Under the pieces are notes generated by a model. The model was not told the origin of the DNA and made no database searches. It saw only the letters and a program-made list of their open reading frames with translations. A DNA stretch of 23,341 bases, counting the filler, from an uncultured virus (IMG/VR IMGVR_UViG_2061766007_000905) (taxonomy: Duplodnaviria; Heunggongvirae; Uroviricota; Caudoviricetes). It is 3 parts of one record of this genome, joined end to end, with 100 filler letters (N's around TTAATTAATTAA, not from the genome) between each part and the next. Parts side by side here need not be neighbours in the genome. Positions count along the whole stretch, not along the records: positions 1 to 14,949 come from IMGVR_UViG_2061766007_000905; positions 15,050 to 22,025 come from IMGVR_UViG_2061766007_000905; 1 more part is not named here. One strand, 5' to 3'. A program made the translations under genes and the position numbers. Each line of letters opens with the position of its first letter. Within the stretch, counting starts at the first letter, position 1. Shown piece by piece: positions 10,136 to 17,395 of this stretch.

Positions 10136-11011
10136 ATGACAAATAAAGAAATAAACATTGTAAAAGCATGTTCAAAAAATATAAATCAATTCGTTAAATA
10201 TGTAAAAATTCTTGGTCCTAAAGGATTTGCAGAATTTAGACCATATCAATTTCAAGTTAAACTTCTGAGAAAGTTTGTTCATTCTTGGGAAAACAGAAGA
10301 ACAGAAAAGCATAATCATATTGTTGTTGGTCCAAGACAAGCAGGAAAAACAACAGCTCTTGCAGTATATGCTTTATGGTATCTTTTATTTAACAGTGATA
10401 AATGTGTTGGTCTTCTTAGTTATAAACACAGTATTTCTGAAGAAATCCTTTTAAGAATTAAAGAAATCTATAATAATTTACCTGATTTTCTTAAACAAGA
10501 TGTTGTAAGAAATACAAAAGATCATTTTAGACTAGCTAATGGTTCTTATATTTTTACAGCTTCAATGTGTGCAAGAAGTGTTCATGGCAAAACTGTAGAT
10601 TTGTTACTTTTTGACGAAGCAGCACTTACTCGTGATAGTGACTTTGAAGAATTTATACTTTCTGTATTTCCTACACAAGCAGCAAGACCTGATGCCCAAA
10701 TGATTATGATTTCTACTCCATATGGTAACAATCAATTCTATGAAATCTATAAACGTGCAGTAAGTGGAGCCTCTTCATTTATCGCAACAAGATTAAGATA
10801 TAATTGTGTTCCTGGTCGTGATGAGGAATTTAAAGAAAAAATGATTAGAGATAATGGTCGAGCTTTCTTTGAACAAGAGTATAATGCTTCATTTATAATT
10901 TCTAAAGAAATTCCNNNNNNNNNNNNNNNNNNNNNNNNNNNNNNNNNNNNNNNNNNNNNTGATATTAAAACTATCAAAAATAAAACTGAATATGAAATAG
11001 AATATATCTAA
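10136..11011 (+). CDS. terminase large-subunit-like ATPase domain (T4 gp17 N-terminal half only)
   Basis: PYQFQ, Walker A PRQAGKTT, Walker B LLLFDEAA, MISTPYG, FFEQEYNASF; no nuclease domain visible. Confidence 0.8.
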   Translation: MTNKEINIVKACSKNINQFVKYVKILGPKGFAEFRPYQFQVKLLRKFVHSWENRRTEKHNHIVVGPRQAGKTTALAVYALWYLLFNSDKCVGLLSYKHSISEEILLRIKEIYNNLPDFLKQDVVRNTKDHFRLANGSYIFTASMCARSVHGKTVDLLLFDEAALTRDSDFEEFILSVFPTQAARPDAQMIMISTPYGNNQFYEIYKRAVSGASSFIATRLRYNCVPGRDEEFKEKMIRDNGRAFFEQEYNASFIISKEIXXXXXXXXXXXXXXXXDIKTIKNKTEYEIEYI

Positions 11012-11013
11012 AT

Positions 11014-11043
11014 AAAAAAGCGGGTTAAATACCCGCTATTTTT
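11014..11043. terminator. bidirectional terminator between convergent genes
   Basis: AAAAAAGCGGGT-TAAAT-ACCCGCT-ATTTTT. Confidence 0.65.
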
Positions 11044-11294
11044 ATAATCCCTGATTTCATTGTTTCTTTTATTCTTCGCAATTCATCATCTTTTCTAGTT
11101 TGTTCTAGCCATGCTTTCATTTCTTGCTCATGAATTCTCATGATTTTTTCAAGAGTTCTCTTATTGTATTTACAGCCACAATTACCGTGTCTGTCATCGG
11201 ACACCATACTATCATCATATCCGAAAACATTACAAAAAGTATCACAGCTATCCCAGCCACTTACATTAATGAATGGACAATTATTACAACGCAT
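11025..11294 (-). CDS. small Cys-rich hypothetical protein
   Basis: MRCNNCPF...C...CGC. Confidence 0.65.
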   Translation of the reverse strand: MRCNNCPFINVSGWDSCDTFCNVFGYDDSMVSDDRHGNCGCKYNKRTLEKIMRIHEQEMKAWLEQTRKDDELRRIKETMKSGIIKIAGI

Positions 11295-11303
11295 TTTATC
11301 TTC

Positions 11304-12143
11304 TTATAAACAATCTTTAAGTCTTCTAGCAAAATATTCCTTTGCCATATTAACTTCAAAATCGTTATGACTTTCTACCCAAGCTTTAAGTTCTTCATAA
11401 TGTTTATCATCTTTGCATTCACCTTTTTTCTTATCTTCTTCTTTACAATGCTTGACGAAACGATAAGTGTAAGCTTCAAGACACTTCAGCGACCACTTAG
11501 TGAAATCTTCATCTTGTTCAGTTTTAAAACGATATACTTCGTCATATAGACGAATGACTGTTGTATCATCTTCTACTTTAATACTACCAATTCTATTTTT
11601 CCACCAATGATCAGTATCACTATTCCAAATAGTAATTTCATCCCGTTTCATATCGGCGACCATACCAGCATACTTATCTTCTTTAATATCGTATTCCAAG
11701 CCGATATTGCGGTCTCTGTCTTTGAAAAATGAAAAAACAACATCTTTATATGATGCTTTCTTATCTTTAGAAAACCAACCACCGCCATAGCCAATTTTTT
11801 GGCTATATCCTTGCTTTTCTAAATACTCATGAGCATCATCTTTATACGGGTCAATATCGAGCTTCTTCCACTTACCGTCAATATATGCAACAGGCGTAAC
11901 CTTAAGGTCTTTTAACTTTGTAGTATCAGAAGTTGTCCAATATGAATCAGATTCAAACTTATCAAATTCGATATTCTTGCCTGTCATATCAACTTCAAGT
12001 GCAATATCAAAAAGACGATGCGTATATGACCAAGGAATTTTTGAAAGACCTTGCTTGGTCATAAAACGATAATCATCTAATATATCTTCTCCACTTACTC
12101 CACCAGACAAGATATACATTTTATTTTGAATTTTATACGGCAT
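11304..12143 (-). CDS. hypothetical protein
   Basis: 279 aa ORF, AGGAG RBS. Confidence 0.75.
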   Translation of the reverse strand: MPYKIQNKMYILSGGVSGEDILDDYRFMTKQGLSKIPWSYTHRLFDIALEVDMTGKNIEFDKFESDSYWTTSDTTKLKDLKVTPVAYIDGKWKKLDIDPYKDDAHEYLEKQGYSQKIGYGGGWFSKDKKASYKDVVFSFFKDRDRNIGLEYDIKEDKYAGMVADMKRDEITIWNSDTDHWWKNRIGSIKVEDDTTVIRLYDEVYRFKTEQDEDFTKWSLKCLEAYTYRFVKHCKEEDKKKGECKDDKHYEELKAWVESHNDFEVNMAKEYFARRLKDCL

Positions 12144-12660
12144 TATTTTGCTCCTTTTTTGGATAGATGATATAGAAATGGAACATAATTTTTACGTTTT
12201 CAGGAATCTCAACATCATATAGAGTATTATCATATTCGGTTTGATGCGGGATTTTACCGATATAAGGACCATTTCCATAATAGAATTTTTCGCCATAATC
12301 AGCTTGTGCATCAAAAGGTTCAAGAACAATGCAATATTCTCTGTCATCATCCTTCATCTGTTCTTCTGCATACAATCTAGCCTGTGTGGCATTATCACAG
12401 AAACCATAGTCATAACTATCGAGCTTAATACGATCTTTAATCATCCAATCCCAATGTGCTGGATTACCAATATAGCTTATGTATACATTCTTATTTTCTT
12501 CGGGCTTATCTTTCTCATAGAAGCAATCTAAATCCATTGGGTCAATATCAGAATATGGAAACCATAATTCATCTATTGAAGGACTAAATCCTGTTTTAAT
12601 CTGAGTGATTTCTGTTTTAGTAAACGGAAAGAGTTTTTCGATTTTGACTAGTTTTCCCAT
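12133..12660 (-). CDS. hypothetical protein
   Basis: 175 aa ORF in operon. Confidence 0.75.
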   Translation of the reverse strand: MGKLVKIEKLFPFTKTEITQIKTGFSPSIDELWFPYSDIDPMDLDCFYEKDKPEENKNVYISYIGNPAHWDWMIKDRIKLDSYDYGFCDNATQARLYAEEQMKDDDREYCIVLEPFDAQADYGEKFYYGNGPYIGKIPHQTEYDNTLYDVEIPENVKIMFHFYIIYPKKEQNNAV

Positions 12661-12664
12661 AATT

Positions 12665-12955
12665 TTATTTTTTATTTCGAACTAAAAAAGGATAGAGTCT
12701 TTCTTTGTTTTCTTCAATCCATTCCATTAATTCTTTAATATCGTTTAATTCATTAGCAGTAAATTCAGTAATAGGTTTATTTTTATTCCATCTATCTTTA
12801 AATACATAAGTAATTTTATTATCAGGATGAAATTTCTGAATAATTCTTACTCTATTATTCACAAATTCATATTCTCTAATATCACAACCAGTTGGAACAT
12901 CATTGCCCCNNNNNNNNNNNNNNNACCAGGTAGCGCCATATCTAAAATTAGCCAT
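12665..12955 (-). CDS. hypothetical protein (gap inside)
   Basis: ORF track, AGGAG RBS, promoter upstream. Confidence 0.65.
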   Translation of the reverse strand: MANFRYGATWXXXXXXGNDVPTGCDIREYEFVNNRVRIIQKFHPDNKITYVFKDRWNKNKPITEFTANELNDIKELMEWIEENKERLYPFLVRNKK

Positions 12956-12982
12956 AACTTAATGCTCCTTTTTATATTATAT

Positions 12983-13013
12983 AATATAAAAAATAGGTTG
13001 ACAAATGTCAACC
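12983..13013 (-). promoter_or_regulatory. palindromic terminator/promoter
   Basis: GGTTGACA-TT-TGTCAACC with TTGACA-17-TATATT. Confidence 0.65.
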
Positions 13014-13030
13014 GTTTATATAATAATATT

Positions 13031-13371
13031 CTAATTCAGNNNNNNNNNNNNNNNNNNNNNNNNNNNNCAAGTTCTTTGCACTTGTCATTAAGCTCGCGCT
13101 TCAGAAAAAGTTTACAAACATTTTTATACATTCTATTCAAAGCATTTTCACCAGGTTGATCATAAGAATTATAGACCATATCTGCGAGCTTAATAAGCAA
13201 AGCTTCTTCACTCATCTTGAGCAGTTTTTCGGTAATATAGGCTTCCTTGCCCATTTCTTCTTTAAGAATTTCGTTATTTCTGAGTTCAGTACACAAATCG
13301 GCACAATGCTCAGAATTACCTACAGCCATGATTTCAAGATATGATGTTTCAGTATCTTCAAGCAAATCATG
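13031..13371 (-). CDS. HD-domain protein, RelA/SpoT hydrolase (small alarmone hydrolase)-like, partial
   Basis: HDLLEDTETS and LLIKLADMVYN match the HD..ED and K.AD..N motifs; 5' end in gap. Confidence 0.7.
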
Positions 13372-13396
13372 NNNNNNNNNNTTTATTTCAGACTAC

Positions 13397-13552
13397 TTAT
13401 GCAACTTCAATAATTATTTTCCCACTAGGACTTTTGTAAATATCTAAAACTTCGCCATCATTGCCACCCTGGTCTATTGTCTTTAATTCACTGTCACCAT
13501 AACCTTCGGCAATATATTTAGTTATTTCTTTTTCTAATTCTGATAATGTCAT
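13397..13552 (-). CDS. small hypothetical protein, 51 aa (MTLSELEKEI...)
   Basis: Translated by hand; AAGGA RBS and promoter upstream. Confidence 0.6.
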   Translation of the reverse strand: MTLSELEKEITKYIAEGYGDSELKTIDQGGNDGEVLDIYKSPSGKIIIEVA

Positions 13553-13580
13553 AATTAATATTCCTTATACTTTATTTTAT

Positions 13581-13612
13581 AATATAGAAAAAGGTTGACA
13601 AATGTCAACCCT
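13581..13612 (-). promoter_or_regulatory. palindromic terminator (end of tRNA operon) and promoter
   Basis: GGTTGACA-TT-TGTCAACC-TTTTT; TTGACA-16-TATATT. Confidence 0.6.
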
Positions 13613-13622
13613 TTTATTTTAG

Positions 13623-13694
13623 TCCGCCTGCCGAGATTTGAACCCGAACCAACTCCGTCACAGGGAGGTATGCTACCAATTACACCACAGAGGG
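13623..13694 (-). tRNA. tRNA-His(GTG), atypical (no G-1, A73)
   Basis: Cloverleaf, loop CT-GTG-AC. Confidence 0.7.
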
Positions 13695-13776
13695 GATAAA
13701 ATTTAGAGCGTCTNNNNNNNNNNNNNNNNNNNNNNNNNNNNNNNNNNNNNNNNNNNNNNNNNNNNNNNNNNNNNNN

Positions 13777-13848
13777 GCCACTACCTGGATTCGAACCAGG
13801 ACCCGCTGATTAAGAGTCAGCTCGACTAAGCCGTTATCATATAGAGGC
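13777..13848 (-). tRNA. tRNA-Lys(CTT)
   Basis: GCTGA-CT-CTT-AA-TCAGC; T arm CCTGG TTCGAAT CCAGG. Confidence 0.85.
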
Positions 13849-13856
13849 AAATGTAG

Positions 13857-13929
13857 TACCCCAGGAAGGACTCGAACCTTCAACCCACGGATTAAGAGTC
13901 CGCTGCGCTACCAATTGCGCCACTGGGGC
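13857..13929 (-). tRNA. tRNA-Lys(CTT)
   Basis: GCGGA-CT-CTT-AA-TCCGT; full cloverleaf. Confidence 0.9.
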
Positions 13930-13936
13930 ATTTTAG

Positions 13937-14007
13937 AGCGTCTATCCGGGTTCGAACCGGAGCTTCAACCATGGCAAGGTCGTTTGCTACCACTACAACA
14001 TAGACGC
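13937..14007 (-). tRNA. tRNA-Gly(GCC)
   Basis: CGACC-TT-GCC-AT-GGTTG; GCG start, U73. Confidence 0.9.
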
Positions 14008-14011
14008 ATAA

Positions 14012-14110
14012 AAACTATAAGCCAACGGATTTCTACCAGATAACCTCTTGTCTTTGCAAGCGCTCTTTGGAATTGTACACATTCCTGCGATTGAGCTACG
14101 CTTATAGTTT
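14012..14110 (-). ncRNA. tRNA-like RNA with extended acceptor stem and hairpin inserted in D loop
   Basis: AAACTATAAGC/GCTTATAGTTT closing stem, TAGCTC..GAGC D stem enclosing GGAAT/ATTCC, CTTG/CAAG arm, degenerate T arm. Confidence 0.5.
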
Positions 14111-14112
14111 AG

Positions 14113-14185
14113 AGCGGCATATCGGATTCGAACCGATGACCTTCTCCATGGCAAGGAGACGTTCTACCAACTGAACTAATGCCGC
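14113..14185 (-). tRNA. tRNA-Gly(GCC)
   Basis: TCTCC-TT-GCC-AT-GGAGA; full cloverleaf. Confidence 0.92.
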
Positions 14186-14293
14186 ATAGGCGAAGGTTTT
14201 TGATTTTGGACAGAAGCTACCTACAAACTCCAGGAACCTAATTTTTTATCTTCCCGGTGTCGGACACGAGAAATTAGTAAAACNNNNNNNNNN

Positions 14294-14369
14294 TCAGACA
14301 GGGATCGAACCTGCATTTTCAGCTCCAGTTACGATTACAAGATTCGTAGTCTTGCTCGGCTACTGATGT
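14294..14369 (-). ncRNA. non-canonical tRNA-Arg(ACG)-like RNA, 3' end in gap
   Basis: CAAGA-CT-ACG-AA-TCTTG arm, GCAGG TTCGATC CCTGT T arm, no normal D arm, long variable region. Confidence 0.55.
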
Positions 14370-14376
14370 ATGTTAG

Positions 14377-14450
14377 CGATCATGGTGGGATTCGAACCCA
14401 CGAAAACTGGTTAGACAGACCAGCGCCCTGGACCACTAGGCGACACGACC
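14377..14450 (-). tRNA. tRNA-Asp(GTC)
   Basis: CTGGT-CT-GTC-TA-ACCAG; G73. Confidence 0.85.
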
Positions 14451-14457
14451 AAATTAG

Positions 14458-14531
14458 CGAGCATGGCGAGGTTCGAACTCGCGTATGTTGGTTAGACAGA
14501 CCAATGTGTTAGACCACTTCACCACACGCCC
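14458..14531 (-). tRNA. tRNA-Asp(GTC)
   Basis: TTGGT-CT-GTC-TA-ACCAA; G73. Confidence 0.85.
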
Positions 14532-14536
14532 AAATT

Positions 14537-14567
14537 AAAAAAGATTCCTGTGAGTTGCACAGGAATC
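14537..14567 (-). terminator. attenuator terminator before tRNA-Asp
   Basis: GATTCCTGTG-CAACT-CACAGGAATC-TTTTTT. Confidence 0.8.
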
Positions 14568-14592
14568 ATTCTTAAAACTTTACAGTTAAAAA

Positions 14593-14649
14593 CTAGATGA
14601 CCCTGTGCTTGTGTCGATCCTTATCATGCTTACCGAAACCTCGTCCGTC
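14593..14649 (-). CDS. leader peptide, 5' partial: DGRGFGKHDKDRHKHRVI*
   Basis: Frame shared with 14878-14949, with synonymous differences GGT/GGC and CGA/CGT. Confidence 0.7.
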   Translation of the reverse strand, partial: DGRGFGKHDKDRHKHRVI

Positions 14650-14661
14650 NNNNNNNNNNCG

Positions 14662-14730
14662 AGAATAGCGAGAAGTATATTTAACGGATTTACAGTCTGT
14701 ATTTTTAATAGGAACTTCTTATGCTATTTT
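14662..14730 (-). ncRNA. rod-like RNA carrying a Tyr(GTA) anticodon stem-loop and GTTCCTATT motif
   Basis: AATAGC/GCTATT and AGAAGT/ACTTCT stems around ACAGA-CT-GTA-AA-TCCGT. Confidence 0.5.
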
Positions 14731-14738
14731 GTTTGTAG

Positions 14739-14813
14739 CGATCCCAGTGAGATTCGAACTCACGAAAAACTGGTTAGACAGACCAGCGCCTTAGACCACT
14801 AGGCAATGAGACC
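14739..14813 (-). tRNA. tRNA-Asp(GTC)
   Basis: CTGGT-CT-GTC-TA-ACCAG; G73. Confidence 0.85.
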
Positions 14814-14816
14814 AAA

Positions 14817-14851
14817 TAAAAAATGATTCCCGTTTTTACACAGGAATCATT
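14817..14851 (-). terminator. attenuator terminator before tRNA-Asp
   Basis: AATGATTCCTG..CGGGAATCATT followed by T run. Confidence 0.8.
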
Positions 14852-14877
14852 CTTCAAAAACTTTATACAGTTTAATA

Positions 14878-14949
14878 CTAGATGACCCTGTGTAGGTAAC
14901 GATCCTTATCATGCTTGCCGAAACCTCGTCCGTCGCGGCGAGTCTTGCA
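14878..14949 (-). CDS. leader peptide, 5' partial: CKTRRDGRGFGKHDKDRYLHRVI*
   Basis: Translated by hand; start lost at contig end. Confidence 0.7.
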   Translation of the reverse strand, partial: CKTRRDGRGFGKHDKDRYLHRVI

Positions 14950-14993
14950 NNNNNNNNNNNNNNNNNNNNNNNNNNNNNNNNNNNNNNNNNNNN

Positions 14994-15005
14994 TTAATTA
15001 ATTAA
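14994..15005. other. artificial contig linker
   Basis: TTAATTAATTAA embedded in N run (stops in all six frames). Confidence 0.9.
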
Positions 15006-15056
15006 NNNNNNNNNNNNNNNNNNNNNNNNNNNNNNNNNNNNNNNNNNNNTATTTAG

Positions 15057-15129
15057 TACTCCGTCCCAGATTCGAACTGGGGTTAACCGATAGAAAGTCG
15101 GTTGGCTTGAACCACTGGCCGAACGGAGC
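15057..15129 (-). tRNA. tRNA-Glu(TTC)
   Basis: ACCGA-CT-TTC-TA-TCGGT; identical to 19167-19239. Confidence 0.85.
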
Positions 15130-15133
15130 ATAT

Positions 15134-15166
15134 AAAAGAAAAGTTCCTGTGTTTGTGCACAGGAAC
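15134..15166 (-). terminator. attenuator terminator before tRNA-Glu
   Basis: GTTCCTGTG-CACAAA-CACAGGAAC-TTTTCTTTT. Confidence 0.8.
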
Positions 15167-15194
15167 CGTAAATTCTCAAATACTCGGTAATTAC

Positions 15195-15293
15195 CTATGC
15201 ACGTAGCCTTGACATAAATTCGGCAAATTCGCGACCTGCGAATGCGGCGCGTTCTGCTGCAAAAAATTCATGTTCAAACTTAGTCATAGTCAT
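15195..15293 (-). CDS. leader peptide MTMTKFEHEFFAAERAAFAGREFAEFMSRLRA
   Basis: 32 codons, 18 are E/F/A; AAAGGT RBS; stop lies within antiterminator GTGCATAGG. Confidence 0.8.
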   Translation of the reverse strand: MTMTKFEHEFFAAERAAFAGREFAEFMSRLRA

Positions 15294-15453
15294 TTTGTTA
15301 CCTTTTATATTATATATAAAAATTTTTTCCTGTTTNNNNNNNNNNNNNNNNNNNNNNNNNNNNNNNNNNNNNNNNNNNNNNNNNNNNNNNNNNNNNNNNN
15401 NNNNNNNNNNNNNNNNNNNNNNNNNNNNNNNNNNNNNNNNNNNNNNNNNNNNN

Positions 15454-15501
15454 CGTTCTTACTTCAATTTATTGATCGTGTCTAGCAGACATTCATTTAA
15501 C
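15454..15501 (-). ncRNA. 5' part of structured ncRNA homologous to 19648-19782
   Basis: GTTAAATGAATGT..CTAG..ACGATCAATAAAT shared; TTTACA-17-TATATT promoter upstream. Confidence 0.55.
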
Positions 15502-15579
15502 GATATATAATATAGTAAATTATTACCTGTTTGTAAACCCCTAAAAATAAAATTATTTTTTCTGCTACCCTCAATCTAC

Positions 15580-15587
15580 TATAAATA
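15580..15587 (+). promoter_or_regulatory. T4-type late promoter
   Basis: TATAAATA upstream of AATAGGAG RBS. Confidence 0.65.
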
Positions 15588-15605
15588 ATAAAAATAGGAG
15601 AATAA

Positions 15606-16034
15606 ATGAATTTAAATGAAGCAAAACAATTACTTAAAAAATCTGGATATGTTCTTCTTAAAGAAAATACAGATTTTACTATAGATGACTTTAATATTTC
15701 AAGCGACTATGAAGGGACATCTGATTATGAACAAGATGATACTTTACCACATCCGCTTGTTTTCGTTAATCCGCCTTCTATCGAAGCCCATGCTTTTATT
15801 AAAAAATATTTCATCGACACTCAGAGTTTAATTGAGGGAACTGAAATTGAAGGTGTATATGATGACGATGATGATTTAATTGAATTTGTATTTCCAGAAA
15901 CAGATTTCTGCGACCATGAAATGAGACAAGAGTATGAAGAACTTGTCAGGTCTTTAATCGAGAAAGCATTTGAAATTGAAAATCAAAGTAACAATGACGT
16001 CATTTTAGGTGACGAAGAAATGTTTGACGTTTAA
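15606..16034 (+). CDS. acidic hypothetical late protein with MNLNEA leader
   Basis: ORF track, AGGAG RBS. Confidence 0.75.
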   Translation: MNLNEAKQLLKKSGYVLLKENTDFTIDDFNISSDYEGTSDYEQDDTLPHPLVFVNPPSIEAHAFIKKYFIDTQSLIEGTEIEGVYDDDDDLIEFVFPETDFCDHEMRQEYEELVRSLIEKAFEIENQSNNDVILGDEEMFDV

Positions 16035-16045
16035 TAGGAGAATTT

Positions 16046-16489
16046 ATGAATTTAAATGAAGCACTAAAAACACTTAAAACCGCAGGTTTTGAACTTCTCA
16101 AAGAAGATGCCGAAGGTAATAATTTTTTATGTTATGGCATTTATGGTGATAGAGCACATAATGACCCAGAAACAGCACAAATTTATGCACTAACTAAAAA
16201 TAAACGAGAAGTTATAGATGCAATATGTGATTGGTTCAGTGCAGGACCAGATGATATTTTCTTCTGTGGTGTTACTATTGTAAATGACAGAGATGCAGAA
16301 AAACTTAATCGTTTAGGAAAAGAAGATCTTGCAGATACCCCTGCATGTCAACAGTTAATGCAATTCGTACCAAAATGTGCATTAGAATATTCTGGTGATG
16401 CTGCCATGGATTTATATGACGAAGATGACGAAGAAGGTTCTATGCGAAAAGTTCGCCGAATGGTAACACGAGCTATAAATGCACTTTAA
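16046..16489 (+). CDS. acidic hypothetical late protein with MNLNEA leader
   Basis: ORF track, AGGAG RBS; same N-terminus as preceding gene. Confidence 0.75.
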   Translation: MNLNEALKTLKTAGFELLKEDAEGNNFLCYGIYGDRAHNDPETAQIYALTKNKREVIDAICDWFSAGPDDIFFCGVTIVNDRDAEKLNRLGKEDLADTPACQQLMQFVPKCALEYSGDAAMDLYDEDDEEGSMRKVRRMVTRAINAL

Positions 16490-16497
16490 ATAAAAAT

Positions 16498-16526
16498 AAA
16501 AACCAGGTTAAATACCTGGTTTTTTT
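16498..16526. terminator. bidirectional terminator
   Basis: AAAAACCAGGT-TAAAT-ACCTGGTTTTTTT. Confidence 0.75.
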
Positions 16527-17113
16527 AAATATGACCGAAATTTTTAATCCATTTAACTTTTATTTTAGAATTATCTTTTAATTTCAATTCTCTTTCCCCA
16601 GTATGTTCTAATGGGTCAGTCCAAATTGCATAATGTAAAATTGTGCTAGGCCAATGAACATTATTGGGATTGTTTTCTGCACAAACAATATACTTATTTG
16701 TATTTCCTGTTTTATTATATGCCCAAGTTTTGGCCATATCTAAATCATAAGTCCAACTATGACCAAGATTATCCAAATCTATATCGTCAGCAGAATTAAC
16801 GAACAATGCCCTATAAATTTCTTTGACGTCTGTATTTTTGCAGAAATCTCTATAAATGTAATCCAGATGTTCTTTTAAGAAATCTACACAATAATCAAAC
16901 CATGCTTTTACATCAGGATCAGTCAAACTTGCTTTGATTGCCTTTTTGTATTTAAATTTAATTTTGTGCTTTGCAAAAAACTTTTTCTTAAGCATCATAT
17001 ATTCAGAAAGCTCTGCAGAAGTGCATTCGAATATTTGATACATATACTCATCATTTACCGTTCCATTTAACAATTTATATAACGGATTAGCTGGATATGT
17101 TTCTTTAAACTGT
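16525..17113 (-). CDS. hypothetical protein with possible ADP-ribosyltransferase (R-S-E) motifs, 5' end in gap
   Basis: Frame open to the gap; IYRAL, GHSWT, GEREL. Confidence 0.5.
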
Positions 17114-17395
17114 NNNNNNNNNNNNNNNNNNNNNNNNNNNNNNNNNNNNNNNNNNNNNNNNNNNNNNNNNNNNNNNNNNNNNNNNNNNNNNNNNNNNNNN
17201 NNNNNNNNNNNNNNNNNNNNNNNNNAAATCTAGTTGGACTATTAAGAACATATTTCTGTTCTAATTTTATACCGCCAAATTTTATTGCAATAGTAATACC
17301 TTTAAAAAATGCATCTGGTTCATCACTAACTTTCATTTCACAAACATTAAATATATCTGTCATGTTTGGCTGAATGACAGTAAGCNNNNNNNNNN

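Noticed and set aside
353..12531. Plus-strand ORFs antisense to minus-strand genes (e.g. 353-595, 2203-2625, 3046-3540, 9000-9374, 12241-12531)
   Set aside because: Shadow ORFs with no motifs, opposite well-supported genes
14950..15049. Apparent continuity between the Glu tRNA at 15057 and the Asp operon; TTAATTAATTAA palindrome
   Set aside because: Artificial contig linker; adjacency across it (and across 22026-22125) is not evidence of linkage
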